Below, piece after piece: positions 20,874 to 33,186 of a stretch of 64,000 bases of DNA. The notes under the pieces are model-generated. The model was not told the origin of the DNA. It worked only from the letters and a program-made list of their open reading frames with translations, and made no database searches. Origin of the DNA: Gammaproteobacteria bacterium (GTDB taxonomy: Bacteria; Pseudomonadota; Gammaproteobacteria; Ga0077536); NCBI GenBank assembly GCA_024235015.1, contig JACKNG010000003.1, positions 280,397 to 344,396 of the forward strand. Reading direction: 5' to 3'. Each line of letters starts with the position of its first letter. Position 1 is the first letter of the stretch. The translations under genes were made by a program, and so were the position numbers.

Positions 20874-21953
20874 GTGAACCAGACGGACTTGAGCTTACTC
20901 GACCAGATGCGCATCACGGACCTCGAGTTCGAACGGCGCAAGGCGTACATCGGTTTCGATGATGCCGACGTCGCCGCCCTGGTCGAAGTGCGCCGGATCG
21001 TGCTCGAAGTCTGCGACGATCTCGTCGAGCGCTTCTACGCCGCGCAGACCCGCGTGCCGGAGATCGCGCTGCTCATCGGCGATGCCGACACCCTGCGCCG
21101 CCTGGCCGCGGCCATGGGGCAATACGTGGTCGAACTGTTCAGCGGCCTCTACGATCTCGAGTACGTCAGCGACCGCCTGCGCATCGGTCTCGTGCACAAG
21201 CGTATCGGCGTCGATCCCACGCTCTACCTGTCGGCCATGCACCAGCTGCGCCGCCTGCTCGGCGAGACCATCGACGACGGCGTGGACGACCCTGCCCTGC
21301 GCCACGCCGCGCAGGTGGCGCTGGACAAGCTCTTCACGCTCGATACCACCCTGGTATTCGAGACCTACGTGCGCATGCTGGTGGCCGAGGTCGAGGAGTC
21401 GCGCAACCGCGCCGAGCGCTACGCGCAGGAACTCGAGGAGAAGGTGCGCGAACGCACGCGGCAGCTCGAGGAACTGGCGCACACCGACGCCCTCACCGGC
21501 TTGCTCAACATGCGCCACATCGATCACGCCCTGACCCGCGCGCTGCGCGGGGCCCAGCGCCGCGCCGAACCCGTGACCGTGATCTTCATCGACATCGACG
21601 ATTTCAAGCAGATCAACGACCACGAGGGCCATCCGTTTGGTGACGAGGTGCTGCGCAGCGTCGCCACGATCCTGCAACGGGTGCTGCGCGCCGACGACAA
21701 CGCGTTCCGCTACGGCGGCGACGAGTTCTGCCTGATCCTGCCGAACTGCGACGAACAGCAGGCCATGGCCCAGATCGTCACGCGCATCGAAGCCGAGCTC
21801 GAAACCGTGAACGACGCTGTCAGCCTCAGCTTCGGCGTGGCCCAGACCGGCCCCGCGCGTTACGTCAGCGGTGACGCCCTGCTGGCCGAAGCCGACCGCC
21901 TCATGTACGCCGCCAAGCGCGCGCACAAGCGGGACGGCGACGCGACGCCCTGA
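20874..21953 (+). CDS. globin-coupled sensor diguanylate cyclase (protoglobin-like N-terminus + GGDEF)
   Basis: N-terminal sensor-globin features (proximal-His region LVHKRIGVDPTLYL). C-terminal GGDEF domain with an intact RYGGDEF active site and an RxxD-like I-site. GTG at 20874; alternative ATG at 20907. Confidence 0.75.
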   Translation: MNQTDLSLLDQMRITDLEFERRKAYIGFDDADVAALVEVRRIVLEVCDDLVERFYAAQTRVPEIALLIGDADTLRRLAAAMGQYVVELFSGLYDLEYVSDRLRIGLVHKRIGVDPTLYLSAMHQLRRLLGETIDDGVDDPALRHAAQVALDKLFTLDTTLVFETYVRMLVAEVEESRNRAERYAQELEEKVRERTRQLEELAHTDALTGLLNMRHIDHALTRALRGAQRRAEPVTVIFIDIDDFKQINDHEGHPFGDEVLRSVATILQRVLRADDNAFRYGGDEFCLILPNCDEQQAMAQIVTRIEAELETVNDAVSLSFGVAQTGPARYVSGDALLAEADRLMYAAKRAHKRDGDATP

Positions 21954-22154
21954 CCACCGCGCAGGGTCGCGCCCGGGATTCGACCTGCAGTCGCGGGCCG
22001 ACGGCCACGGCGCACCGCGAACCCGCCGAGCGCGCGCCACAGCGCGGGCGGCAAGGGTGCGACGGCGGCCTCCTGCGCCAGGGATGCGGCCAGCACCCCC
22101 GCGCCGCGCGGGCGCGCGGCTGCATCGCGGAGAACGACTCGGGGGATGGACCCG

Positions 22155-22180
22155 TGTCGACGGCGGGACCGCCGTCGACA
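22155..22180. repeat. perfect 12-bp inverted repeat TGTCGACGGCGG-GA-CCGCCGTCGACA between convergent genes
   Basis: Read directly from sequence. No U-tract follows on either strand. Confidence 0.5.
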
Positions 22181-22253
22181 CCTGAGGCGACCTCTGCGCG
22201 CCGGCCCTGGCGGGCGGGTACGTGAGCGCCGCGGGACGCCCGCGTGCGGATGC

Positions 22254-22679
22254 TCAGAGCTTGCGGAAGGCCTCTGCCGCGATCTGACCGATCTCCTCGT
22301 CCTGCTGGTAGGTACCACCGCTCTGGCCCAGCGCGCCGAGCATGCTGCCGTCGTCGGCGCGCAGCACGATGCCGCCCCACACCGGCGTGTAGTGCGGATC
22401 GCAGAACCAGGTGATCTCGCGCCGCTCGTCGCCGAGCGACATGTCGAACAGGCGGGTCTTGAGCACGCGCGTGTCCATCTGCCACTTGACCGCGGTGTAG
22501 GCCTTGTTGTGACTCATGCGCGCGTTCAGCGCCGAGGCGCCGTCCATGCGCGCGAGGTGAATGAGGTCGCCGCCGGCATCGACGACGGCCGCGGCGAACT
22601 TGATGCCGCGGCTGCCTGCCTCATTCAACATGGTGTCGACGATGAGGCGTGCCGCGTCGAGATCGAGCTTGTTCGCCAT
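22254..22679 (-). CDS. GlcG/HbpS-like heme-binding protein (DUF336)
   Basis: MANKLDLDAARLIVDTMLNEAGSRGIKFAAAVVDAGGDLIHLARMDGA... matches the GlcG/DUF336 fold family. Confidence 0.7.
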   Translation of the reverse strand: MANKLDLDAARLIVDTMLNEAGSRGIKFAAAVVDAGGDLIHLARMDGASALNARMSHNKAYTAVKWQMDTRVLKTRLFDMSLGDERREITWFCDPHYTPVWGGIVLRADDGSMLGALGQSGGTYQQDEEIGQIAAEAFRKL

Positions 22680-22787
22680 GTCAGGTTCTCCTCGGTGTGT
22701 TCATAGAGACGCCGATTATGCGCCAGCGGCACGCGTCCGGGCAGCGCATGCTTCGCCCCGGGTGCCGCATCCGCGTCCCCGTCGACC

Positions 22788-24797
22788 TCAACTCAGCGAG
22801 TAGTCCGCCTGCTCCGCCGCGAAGCGGATGAAGTACTCGATCGAATCCGGGTTCTGCATGGCGTCGCGGCTGACCGCCTTGGCCAGGTCGAAGCCCATCA
22901 GGATCTTGCGCACCGGCACTTCCAGCTTCTTGCCGGTCAGGGTGTAGGGAATGGCCTCGACGGCATAGACCTTGTCCGGTACGTGGCGCGGCGAGCACTG
23001 CTCGCGCAGCGCCGCTGCCAGCTTCTTCACCAGCGTCTCGTCGAGGGCGGCACCGGCCGCCAACCTGACGAACATCGGCATGAAGAAGCGCCCGCCCGGC
23101 AGGTCGAGGTTGACCACCAGCGAGTCGTCGATCTCGGGCAGCGCCTCGACGCAGCGGTAGATCTCGGCCGTACCGATGCGCACGCCGTAGCGGTTCAGGG
23201 TGGAATCGGAACGGCCCTTGATGAAACAACCGCCGCGCCGGTTCAACTGGAAGAAATCGCCGTGGCGCCACACCCCGGGGAAGGTGTCGAAGTAGGACTC
23301 GTGGTAACGCCGCCCGCCCGCGTCGTTCCAGAAGTAGAGCGGCATCGACGGCATCGGCTGGGTCACCACCAGCTCGCCGACCTCACCGACGACCGGCTCG
23401 CCGGCGTCGTCGTAGGCCTGCACGTCGACGGCCAGTGCCCGCGCCTGGATCTCGCCGGCGTAGACCGGCAGGATGCACGAACCGCTGACGAAGCCGGAGG
23501 CGACGTCGGTGCCGCCGCTCTGCGAGGTCACCCAGAGATCTTCGTTGACGTTGTCGTAGAGCCACTTCATCGATTCCGGCGTCGCCGGTGAACCGGTCAG
23601 CAGCACGCCCTCGATGGCGCTGACGTCGTAACGCTCGCGCGGCACGATGCCGTCCTTCTGCATCATCGCGAGGTAGGTCGGGCTGGCGCCGAACTGGGTG
23701 GCGCGGGTGGTGGCGGCGAGCTGCCACAGCACGTCGACGTTGGGTGCGGCGGGATGGCCGTCGTAGATCACCGGCGCCGCGCCGACCATCATCGAGCACA
23801 TCAGGATGTTCCACATGATCCAGCCCGAGGTGGTGTAGAAGAACATGCGCGAATCCGGGCCGAGGTTCGACTGCAGCGCCAGCCCCTTGTGTATTTCGAC
23901 GACGATACCGCCGTGGCCGTGGACGATGGCCTTGGGCAGGCCGGTGGTACCCGAGGAGTAGACCACCCACAGCGGGTGATCGAAATCGACCTGTTCGTAG
24001 GCCAGCGGCGGCACCTCGTCGCCGGCGTGGATGTCGCCCCAGGTGATGGCATTGGTCACCGGCGGCGCCGCGCTGGCGTCGAGGTAGGGCAGGAAGAAGA
24101 CCTGTTCGAGCGTCGGCAGTGCCTCGATGATGCGGCGCGCCTCGTCGCGGCGGTCGAAATCCTTGCCGCCGTAGCGATAACCGTCGACGGTGAACAGGGC
24201 CTTGGGCTCGATCTGCTGGAAGCGATCGAGCACGCTGGCGGCGCCGAAATCGCTCGACGTACTCGACCAGACCGCGCCGATGGCGGTCGCCGCAAGGCAG
24301 GCGATCATGGTCTCGGGGATGTTGGGCATGAAGGCCACGACGCGGTCGCCGGGGCCGATGCCGCGCGCGCGCAGGCCGGCGGCGACGCGCGCCACCTCGG
24401 CCAGCAGCGCATCGCCGCTCAGCGCCGAGACCGGCCGCCCCTCGGCGGCGAAGTACAGGGCTTCGGCCTTGCCCGCGGCGTGGCGCAGCACGTGCTCGGC
24501 GAAGTTCAGCCGCGCACCCTCGAACCATTTCGCGCCGGGCATGACGCGGCGATCGAGGACCTGCTTGTAGGGCGCCGAACTCCTGATCTCGAAGTAGTCC
24601 CACACCGCGGCCCAGAAATCTTCCAGGCACTCGACCGACCAGCGGTAGAGGCTGTCGTAGTCCGGGCATGCCACGCCGCGCTCGCGGGCCAGCCAGCGCA
24701 TGAAGTCGGTGATGCGGGCCTTGTCGATGCGTGCGGCCGTGGGTTGCCACAGCAGGTCGCCCTCGGCGAGGGCCGGCGGGGTGGTCGCGGTCGTCAT
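22788..24797 (-). CDS. acetoacetyl-CoA synthetase (acetoacetate-CoA ligase)
   Basis: 669-aa AMP-forming ligase with YSSGTTGLPKAIVHGHGG, plus the N- and C-terminal regions typical of AacS. The real start ATG is at 24797 (MTTATTPPALAEG); the annotated ORF extends spuriously to 25943. Confidence 0.85.
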   Translation of the reverse strand: MTTATTPPALAEGDLLWQPTAARIDKARITDFMRWLARERGVACPDYDSLYRWSVECLEDFWAAVWDYFEIRSSAPYKQVLDRRVMPGAKWFEGARLNFAEHVLRHAAGKAEALYFAAEGRPVSALSGDALLAEVARVAAGLRARGIGPGDRVVAFMPNIPETMIACLAATAIGAVWSSTSSDFGAASVLDRFQQIEPKALFTVDGYRYGGKDFDRRDEARRIIEALPTLEQVFFLPYLDASAAPPVTNAITWGDIHAGDEVPPLAYEQVDFDHPLWVVYSSGTTGLPKAIVHGHGGIVVEIHKGLALQSNLGPDSRMFFYTTSGWIMWNILMCSMMVGAAPVIYDGHPAAPNVDVLWQLAATTRATQFGASPTYLAMMQKDGIVPRERYDVSAIEGVLLTGSPATPESMKWLYDNVNEDLWVTSQSGGTDVASGFVSGSCILPVYAGEIQARALAVDVQAYDDAGEPVVGEVGELVVTQPMPSMPLYFWNDAGGRRYHESYFDTFPGVWRHGDFFQLNRRGGCFIKGRSDSTLNRYGVRIGTAEIYRCVEALPEIDDSLVVNLDLPGGRFFMPMFVRLAAGAALDETLVKKLAAALREQCSPRHVPDKVYAVEAIPYTLTGKKLEVPVRKILMGFDLAKAVSRDAMQNPDSIEYFIRFAAEQADYSLS

Positions 24798-25110
24798 GGG
24801 ATCTCCGGTCGGTTGCAGGCGGCGTGTCTCGGCGGCGCGTAGTGTGCCATCACCGGCCGCGACGAGGCGAACCTGCCGGCCCTGCCACGCCGCCCGCTCG
24901 CGGCCAGCAGGATCCGCTCGAGTACGGCGCTGGCCCGGTCCCGCGCGGCACGGCGTTTCACCGGGCGATGCGCAGCGGCGCAGCCGCGAATCCCGTATAG
25001 ACTGCACATCCCGGCCGACGCGCAGCTTGCCACCGGGCAGACGCTCACCGATTCGGATCGGGCTTGGCGGGCGGACCGTGACGGCGCCGCGCACATCGAG
25101 CGGAGCAACC

Positions 25111-26424
25111 ATGTTCGAACTCAACCCACAGTCCCTCACCGGGCTGATGCTGGTCGGTACGGCCTGGGCCTTCCTGCGCGCCGACTCGCGCTCCGGCACC
25201 AGCCGGGCGCTGGCCGTCGGCCTCGCCGCGGCCGGCGCCGCGGTCTTCGCCAACCTCGTGCTCGCGCGCCTGCTCGCCAACGGTCCGTTGCCGGCCTGGG
25301 CTGGCGCGCTGGTCGTGCCCGAAGTGGTCGCCTTCTGCGCGGTGTTCGAGTGGTCGCTGCGCGTGCGTGCGACCATTCCCGCCGGGCAGTTGCGGACCCG
25401 CGGCGGCGACGTCGCCCTGCGCCTGGCACAGGCCCTGGTGCTGCTGTACGGCATCAACGGCTGGCGCCAGCCCGAGTTGCGCGTGCGGGATTTCTTCGGT
25501 GGCCTGTCCGGGCCCGGCATCTGGTCGAACGAGGTGCTGAGCCTGTTCGTCGCCCCGCTCACCGTCGCCATGGTGTTGTGGACGCTGTCGATGCTGCTCT
25601 GTCTCAACCGCAACCCCGATCGCGCCGAGCGTGTACGCCTGGTGGCCTTCCTCGTCGCCATCCCGATCCTCGCCGTCGGCCTCGTGCTGCCGCTCGACAT
25701 CTCGCCCGCCGCGACCGTGGTCGGGGTCAGCATCCTGCTCGGTGGCGCCTTGCGCCACGCCGAGGTGCGTGGCCGCCAGGGCCAGTTCGTCGGCCGCTTC
25801 CTGTCGCCGCAGGTGGCGGCGCTGGTCAACCGCCACGGCCTGCGCAGCGCGGTGCCGGACGAACGCCGCGAAGTCTCCATCGTCAGTGTCGACCTGCGCG
25901 GCTTCACCGCGTTTGCCGCGGCGCGCGGCTCGGACGCCGTCATCGCCCTGCTGCGCGACTACTACGACGCGGTCGGCGCGGCGGTGCACGAGTTCGAAGG
26001 CACCATCAAGGATTATGCCGGCGACGGCGTGCTGGTCATCGTCGGCGCGCCACTACCGCTGCCGGACCATGCCGCGCGCGCGGTGGCGCTGGCGCGGCGC
26101 ATCATCGAGGTGGTCACGCCGGTGACCCGCACGCATTGCCCGGACGGCACGCTCGGGGTCGGCGCCGGCGTCGCCAGCGGCGCGGTCGCGGTCGGCATCG
26201 TCGGCGGCCAGGGACCGTTGGAATACGCCGCGGTGGGACCGGCGGTCAACCTCGCCGCCCGCCTCGGCCAGCGCGCGCGGGCCGGCGAGTTCCTCGTCGG
26301 CGCCGACACCGTGGCGCTGCTCGACGGCGACCGCGAACAGCTCGAGGCGCGCGAGGCGGTCAGCCTCAAGGGCTACGACGCACCGGTCGCGGTGTTCGGC
26401 CGCAGCCTGCTGTCGGTGACTTGA
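25111..26424 (+). CDS. membrane-anchored class III adenylate/guanylate cyclase
   Basis: N-terminal domain of about 6 TM helices, then a CYC domain (VSIVSVDLRGFTAF...DYAGDGVLVIVGAPL...). Confidence 0.7.
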   Translation: MFELNPQSLTGLMLVGTAWAFLRADSRSGTSRALAVGLAAAGAAVFANLVLARLLANGPLPAWAGALVVPEVVAFCAVFEWSLRVRATIPAGQLRTRGGDVALRLAQALVLLYGINGWRQPELRVRDFFGGLSGPGIWSNEVLSLFVAPLTVAMVLWTLSMLLCLNRNPDRAERVRLVAFLVAIPILAVGLVLPLDISPAATVVGVSILLGGALRHAEVRGRQGQFVGRFLSPQVAALVNRHGLRSAVPDERREVSIVSVDLRGFTAFAAARGSDAVIALLRDYYDAVGAAVHEFEGTIKDYAGDGVLVIVGAPLPLPDHAARAVALARRIIEVVTPVTRTHCPDGTLGVGAGVASGAVAVGIVGGQGPLEYAAVGPAVNLAARLGQRARAGEFLVGADTVALLDGDREQLEAREAVSLKGYDAPVAVFGRSLLSVT

Positions 26425-26633
26425 ACCTCGCGGGCGCCGCGTTGGCGTCACCACGGCCCGGATCCTGGTGCAGGCGGCGCGCGGCCGGCCATTGTCCCGC
26501 GCACGCCGCATCGACCGGACGCGGGCGTGGATTGCCGGCGCGGGTTGCGACGCCAGCATCGGCGACCGCGTCATTTCCCGGCGCACCGTCAGGCGGCGCA
26601 GGCCGGCGCTCGCGCGAGGCATGGCCGAGTGAC

Positions 26634-26700
26634 GGGGACAGGGACCTTCTGCCGACGCCGCAGCGGCCTCCGGACTGCGCGTCAGAAGATCCCTGTTCCC
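26634..26700. repeat. GGGGACAG-family hairpin repeat, copy 3 (divergent)
   Basis: GGGGACAGGGACCTTCTG (26634-26651) pairs with CAGAAGATCCCTGTTCCC (26683-26700), 16/18 matching with a 31-nt loop. Lies between convergent genes. Confidence 0.45.
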
Positions 26701-26734
26701 ACCGCGCGCCCCGGCGCCGCGGAGCCTTCGCGGG

Positions 26735-26953
26735 TCAACGGTGTTCTCGTGCGTCGCCCGCGGCTTCGACGAACGCCACCAGCATCGCGTTCCGCGACAG
26801 GTTGCGGAACGTGCCCACCCCGCGCGAGACGTCGCCGGCCAGTTCGTCGCCGACGCAGGTGCTGTGTTCGTTGATCGCCTTGAGCAGCCTGGTGCTGCCG
26901 GCGTCACTGACGACGATGTGGTCCCAGTCGACGTCGATCACGTGTGCAATCAT
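26735..26953 (-). CDS. DUF1488-like small protein (hypothetical)
   Basis: 72 aa. The pattern MIAHVIDVDWDHIVVSDAGSTRLLKAINEHSTCVGDELAG resembles the DUF1488 consensus (I.F.....WD....v.F.A......C.is.E.L). Weak call. Confidence 0.35.
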   Translation of the reverse strand: MIAHVIDVDWDHIVVSDAGSTRLLKAINEHSTCVGDELAGDVSRGVGTFRNLSRNAMLVAFVEAAGDAREHR

Positions 26954-27143
26954 GGCCTGGCGTCCTCGTGCGGTGTCTTGCCAACCCTAGGCGGTGCGGG
27001 ACGGGCCGGGGGTGCGACAGTCGGCACACGTGCCACCCGAAACAAAGTTTTACGGCCGGCGCCGGCCACCGCGTCGACCCGGCGGCGCCCGCCGTGCCGC
27101 GCCCGGTGTCTGACACCGCTGGGTACGTTGTTGAAGCGGGACC

Positions 27144-28000
27144 TCAGCGGCGCTGGCCGAACTCGAAGATGACGGTGTCGCCCTTGTTGTGCAGCACGTA
27201 CTGGGTACGCTCGCCGTCGCGCTGGCGGGCGAGGCGCGGCGCGTTCGCGTCGGTGGCGGCTCCCTGTCCGCCTGCTGCCGCCAGTGCCGCCGGGATGGTC
27301 GCGGCAGGCGCGCTCGTGCCCGCTCCGCTCGCTGCGGCCGCGCCGACGGGCTCAACGCCGGACGCCACCGCGGGGGCATCGGCGGCCACCTGGCGCTTCT
27401 CGATGAATACGTCCGGGTCGGCCGTGGGCAGGATGTGGCGGCGCGGTGCCGGTTCGAGGACAACCACGCGCTGTTCGTCGAGCAGCGCCGCGCAGGCGTT
27501 CCCGACCCGGTCGGCGAGATAGGCGCCGTCGCCGAGCCGCGCGGGATCGACCGGTTGGTCGACCTGTCGCGCCGCGACCAGTCGCCCGGCCGGGGTGCGC
27601 AGGCGGCAGTCGATGGCGACGACGTCGCCCTCGATGCGGCCGGCCTCGCGCGGTCCGCCGAGGGTGAAGGCGAAGCCGCGTTCGATCTCGGCGTGGCGCA
27701 ACGTGCCGATGGCGACGTCGAGGGTCAGCACGTGGTCGCCGGCCGGTGCACACGGCGCCGTCGTGCACCACGCGCTGTCGACGCGGGCGAAACCGTCGGC
27801 GGCGAACCCTTGCGCGAGCGCGGTTTCGAAGGCGTCCCTGGCGGCCGGGTCGAGTACCGCGTGACCGGCCACGCCGACGGCCAGGCGCGGGCCGTCCGCC
27901 GCGGTGGCGGCGAGCGCGGCGTCACCGCCGGCAGCGAGGACCGCGGCCATCAGCACGTCCGCCAGGCCCGGCGCGGGCGTGCAGGACATCGGCCGCGCCC

Positions 28001-28004
<4 letters not shown>
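27144..28004 (-). CDS. hypothetical protein (start overlaps ureG stop)
   Basis: The minus-frame ORF has plausible composition from [13 protein letters not shown].. to ..[17 protein letters not shown]; the overlapping plus-strand ORF is Arg-rich and antisense-like. No family recognised. Confidence 0.3.
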
Positions 28005-28639
<635 letters not shown>

Positions 28640-28663
28640 GGGGTCGTTCTCCATGCAGTGACT

Positions 28664-29314
28664 TCAGGAACGGAACAGGCGGGTGTACTGGGTTTCATGG
28701 GCGGCGCTGGCGAAGACCAGCCCTGGCGCGGTGTAACCGAGGTCGTCGTCGTCCTGCGCCAAGGCGTTCGTCACGCAGTCCTCGAGGCGATCGCCAAGGG
28801 CGAACAGCGCGCGTTGCGCGGCGGTCTGGCCGAGCGGCACGAGGCGGGTCGCGCCCTGCACCTGGTTCTCGGCCCAGGCCCACAGGTAACCGGCCAGGGC
28901 CTCGCGCGGGGCGATGCCCCAGTGCGCGCAGGCGAGCGCGAACAGCGCCGGGTAGCTGGCGAGCGCGAGGGTGTCGAGTTCCGGCGCGAGCGCGGCGAGC
29001 AGGCGCCGGAGCGCACTCGCCATGTCGGCATCTTCCCGCCGCAGTTCCGCCGTCTCGCGATACGTCGCGTGGCGCGCGGCGAGCGCAACGACGGCGGCGG
29101 CGTCGCCTGCCCGCGCCGCCGCGTGCACGCGCGCCATCAGCGGCAGGTCGACAGCGGTCATGGCGTTCTCGGCGAGGCCGCCGATCCAGGCGAGCGCCGT
29201 CGCCTCGTCGTGCACCCAGCCGGCGTGCACGGCGTACTCCAGGCCCTGCGAATAGCTGTAGCCGCCGACTGGCAGGGTCGGGCTGATCAACTGCCACAAT
29301 CGCGGATCAGGCAT
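28664..29314 (-). CDS. ureF: urease accessory protein UreF
   Basis: MPDPRLWQLISPTLPVGGYSYSQGLE... UreF family; start overlaps ureE by 8 nt. Confidence 0.8.
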   Translation of the reverse strand: MPDPRLWQLISPTLPVGGYSYSQGLEYAVHAGWVHDEATALAWIGGLAENAMTAVDLPLMARVHAAARAGDAAAVVALAARHATYRETAELRREDADMASALRRLLAALAPELDTLALASYPALFALACAHWGIAPREALAGYLWAWAENQVQGATRLVPLGQTAAQRALFALGDRLEDCVTNALAQDDDDLGYTAPGLVFASAAHETQYTRLFRS

Positions 29315-29897
29315 GGCGATGACCGCCGGCGTGGCGCCGCGGATGACGGTGCTCGGGCTCGCCGTCGCGAGCGTGCGGATCCGCGTGGCCGGCGTCGTGT
29401 GCATGTGCGTGGCCATGCGCCTGTCCGTGCTCGTGGCCATGTGCATGCGCGTGGCCGTGCGCGCCCCCATGCCCGTGTCCACCGTACGCGCCGCCCTCGG
29501 GCTCGAAGGCCTGCATCGCGCACGCGGGCTCGAGGCCCAGCCCGCGCAGCATGTCGTCGAGCACGTGGTCGTGCAGGTAGGCCAGCCAGCCGCAGCCGAT
29601 CTCGACGGCGACGTGACGGTTGCCGAGGTGGTAGGCGGCGCGCAGCAGGCGCGGCGCGGCGGCGCGTACCACCGAGACCGTCTCCGGCGCGGCGCGCACC
29701 TCGACCACGAGGTTGCCGCCAGCAATGCGATCGCCGTCGCGCAGCACCGTGCCGCGCGGCAGGTCGAGGCCGGCTTCGCGGCCGCTGGCGAGGCGCACGC
29801 GCTGGCGGGTACGGGCGCGATCGGCGAAGGGCAGTTCGAGGATGTCGTCGGGTTCACGCGCGGCATCGGTCACGCGGTCGAGCAATGGCAAGGACAT
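29307..29897 (-). CDS. ureE: urease accessory protein UreE with His-rich C-terminal tail
   Basis: UreE N-terminal and core domains, plus a C-terminal HGHGGAHGHAHAHGHEHGQAHGHAHAHD nickel-binding tail. Confidence 0.8.
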   Translation of the reverse strand: MSLPLLDRVTDAAREPDDILELPFADRARTRQRVRLASGREAGLDLPRGTVLRDGDRIAGGNLVVEVRAAPETVSVVRAAAPRLLRAAYHLGNRHVAVEIGCGWLAYLHDHVLDDMLRGLGLEPACAMQAFEPEGGAYGGHGHGGAHGHAHAHGHEHGQAHGHAHAHDAGHADPHARDGEPEHRHPRRHAGGHRHA

Positions 29898-29911
29898 GGC
29901 CGCTCCTCGCC

Positions 29912-31611
<1,700 letters not shown>

Positions 31612-31615
<4 letters not shown>

Positions 31616-31929
31616 GGCGTGCCCTCCAGCGGCCCCATGACCGTGCCACGGAAACCGTACACGCGGCGCAGCCCGGCGTAGGGCACCAGCGTGACGGTGC
31701 GGGTCTGGCCGGGCTCGAAACGCACCGCCGTGCCGGCCGGGATGTCGAGGCGCTGGCCGCGCGCCGCGGCGCGATCGAATTCCAGCGCCGGGTTGGTCTC
31801 GGCGAAGTGGTAGTGCGAACCGACCTGCACGGGGCGGTCGCCGGTGTTGGCAACGGCCAGCTCGATCACCGGGCGGCCGGCGTTGAGTTCGATCTCGCCG
31901 TCGTCGACGAAGAGTTCTCCTGGGATCAT
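31612..31929 (-). CDS. ureB: urease beta subunit
   Basis: 105 aa, [19 protein letters not shown].... Confidence 0.9.
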
Positions 31930-31954
31930 GGCGGGGTCCTCGCGCGCCTGCGCT

Positions 31955-32257
31955 TCAGGGGATGGGGTCGTGCACGGTGACGAGCTTGGTACCGTCGGGG
32001 AAGGTCGCCTCGACCTGCACCTCGGCGAGCATTTCGGGCACGCCCTCCATGACCTCGTCGCGGCTGAGGATGCGGGCGCCCTCGCTCATCAGCTCGGCGA
32101 CGCTGCGACCGTCGCGCGCGCCCTCCATCACGGCGGCCGAGATCAGCGCCACGCATTCCGGGTAGTTCAGCTTGACGCCGCGCGCACGGCGGCGCTCGGC
32201 GACCAGCGCGGCGGTGAAGATGAGCAGCTTGTCCTTCTCGCGGGGGGTCAGTTCCAT
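31955..32257 (-). CDS. ureA: urease gamma subunit
   Basis: 100 aa, [34 protein letters not shown].... Confidence 0.9.
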   Translation of the reverse strand: MELTPREKDKLLIFTAALVAERRRARGVKLNYPECVALISAAVMEGARDGRSVAELMSEGARILSRDEVMEGVPEMLAEVQVEATFPDGTKLVTVHDPIP

Positions 32258-32355
32258 GTCTGGCTCCGGTCATCCGGCAGGGTTTCGATTCGTTTCACGG
32301 GCGCGGCCTCGGCGGATCGCCGACGACGGGCGCCGCACGCCGTGCGACCGCCCGC

Positions 32356-33186
32356 TCACGTCCGCCACACCCGTGGCGGGCAGGGCCTGCAGCCGATCAC
32401 GGCCTCGCGCAGGGCCGCCCAGGCGCGCGCGAGGTAGTCGCGCAACGCGGTGGCGTCGTCGCCGAGCACGCGCAGGCACAGCAGGTCGTCGAGCAGGGTC
32501 GCCGCGGCACGCAGCGGCCCGGCGTCGACGGCGCGTACGCCGGCGAGCACGGCGCCGTCGGCCGGGCAGGCGTACAACGTTCCGAACACGGTCGCGCCAC
32601 CCAGGCCCCACGGCGCGGTGAGCAGCTGCGACGGCGCGGCGAGGCGCAGGCGCTCCTCCAGCAGGGTGCGGCCGTCGCGACGAATGACCAGGGCCTGGTC
32701 GAGCCGGCCACGGCCATAGCGATCGCCGTGCGCGGGGCGGCCGAGCGCGATCATCTCGCGCGCGACCAGGCGTGCCGTGGTGCCGAGTTCGATGGTCGTG
32801 CGCTGCGCGTAGTCGCTGCCGTCGAAGGCGATGGTGTCCTGCGGCAACCATTCGAGGCGCGCCTCGTCGGCAACCGCGATGCGGAGATCCTGGTGCGCCC
32901 GTGGCCCGGCGCTGCGGTAGACCTTGCCCGAGGCCGGGGTCGTGACCAGGGCGTGGCTGCCGGGCGCGGCATCGAGAGCGATGTCGAGGGTATCGCCGCC
33001 GACCAGCCCGCCGGGCGGGTGCAGCAGGTAGACGTGGGCCGGCGCGCCTTCCGGGTAGAAGGCCTTCTGCACCGTGAGCGGCCCGTGCTGCGCGCGCCGC
33101 GCGATGACGGTACGTCCGGCGACGGGCGCGAATGCGAGCGCGAGGCGCGCCTGCCAGGACGCACCGCAATCAGGCAGCGCCGACAT
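32356..33186 (-). CDS. ureD: urease accessory protein UreD/UreH
   Basis: UreD family (HPPGGLVGGD...). Start chosen at ATG 33186; the ORF extends to 33333. Confidence 0.7.
   Translation of the reverse strand: MSALPDCGASWQARLALAFAPVAGRTVIARRAQHGPLTVQKAFYPEGAPAHVYLLHPPGGLVGGDTLDIALDAAPGSHALVTTPASGKVYRSAGPRAHQDLRIAVADEARLEWLPQDTIAFDGSDYAQRTTIELGTTARLVAREMIALGRPAHGDRYGRGRLDQALVIRRDGRTLLEERLRLAAPSQLLTAPWGLGGATVFGTLYACPADGAVLAGVRAVDAGPLRAAATLLDDLLCLRVLGDDATALRDYLARAWAALREAVIGCRPCPPRVWRT

Noticed and set aside
24798-25943. 382-aa N-terminal extension of the acetoacetyl-CoA synthetase ORF
   Set aside because: The extension is low-complexity and Arg-rich. A proper ATG with the conserved AacS N-terminus (MTTATTPPALAEG) is at 24797.
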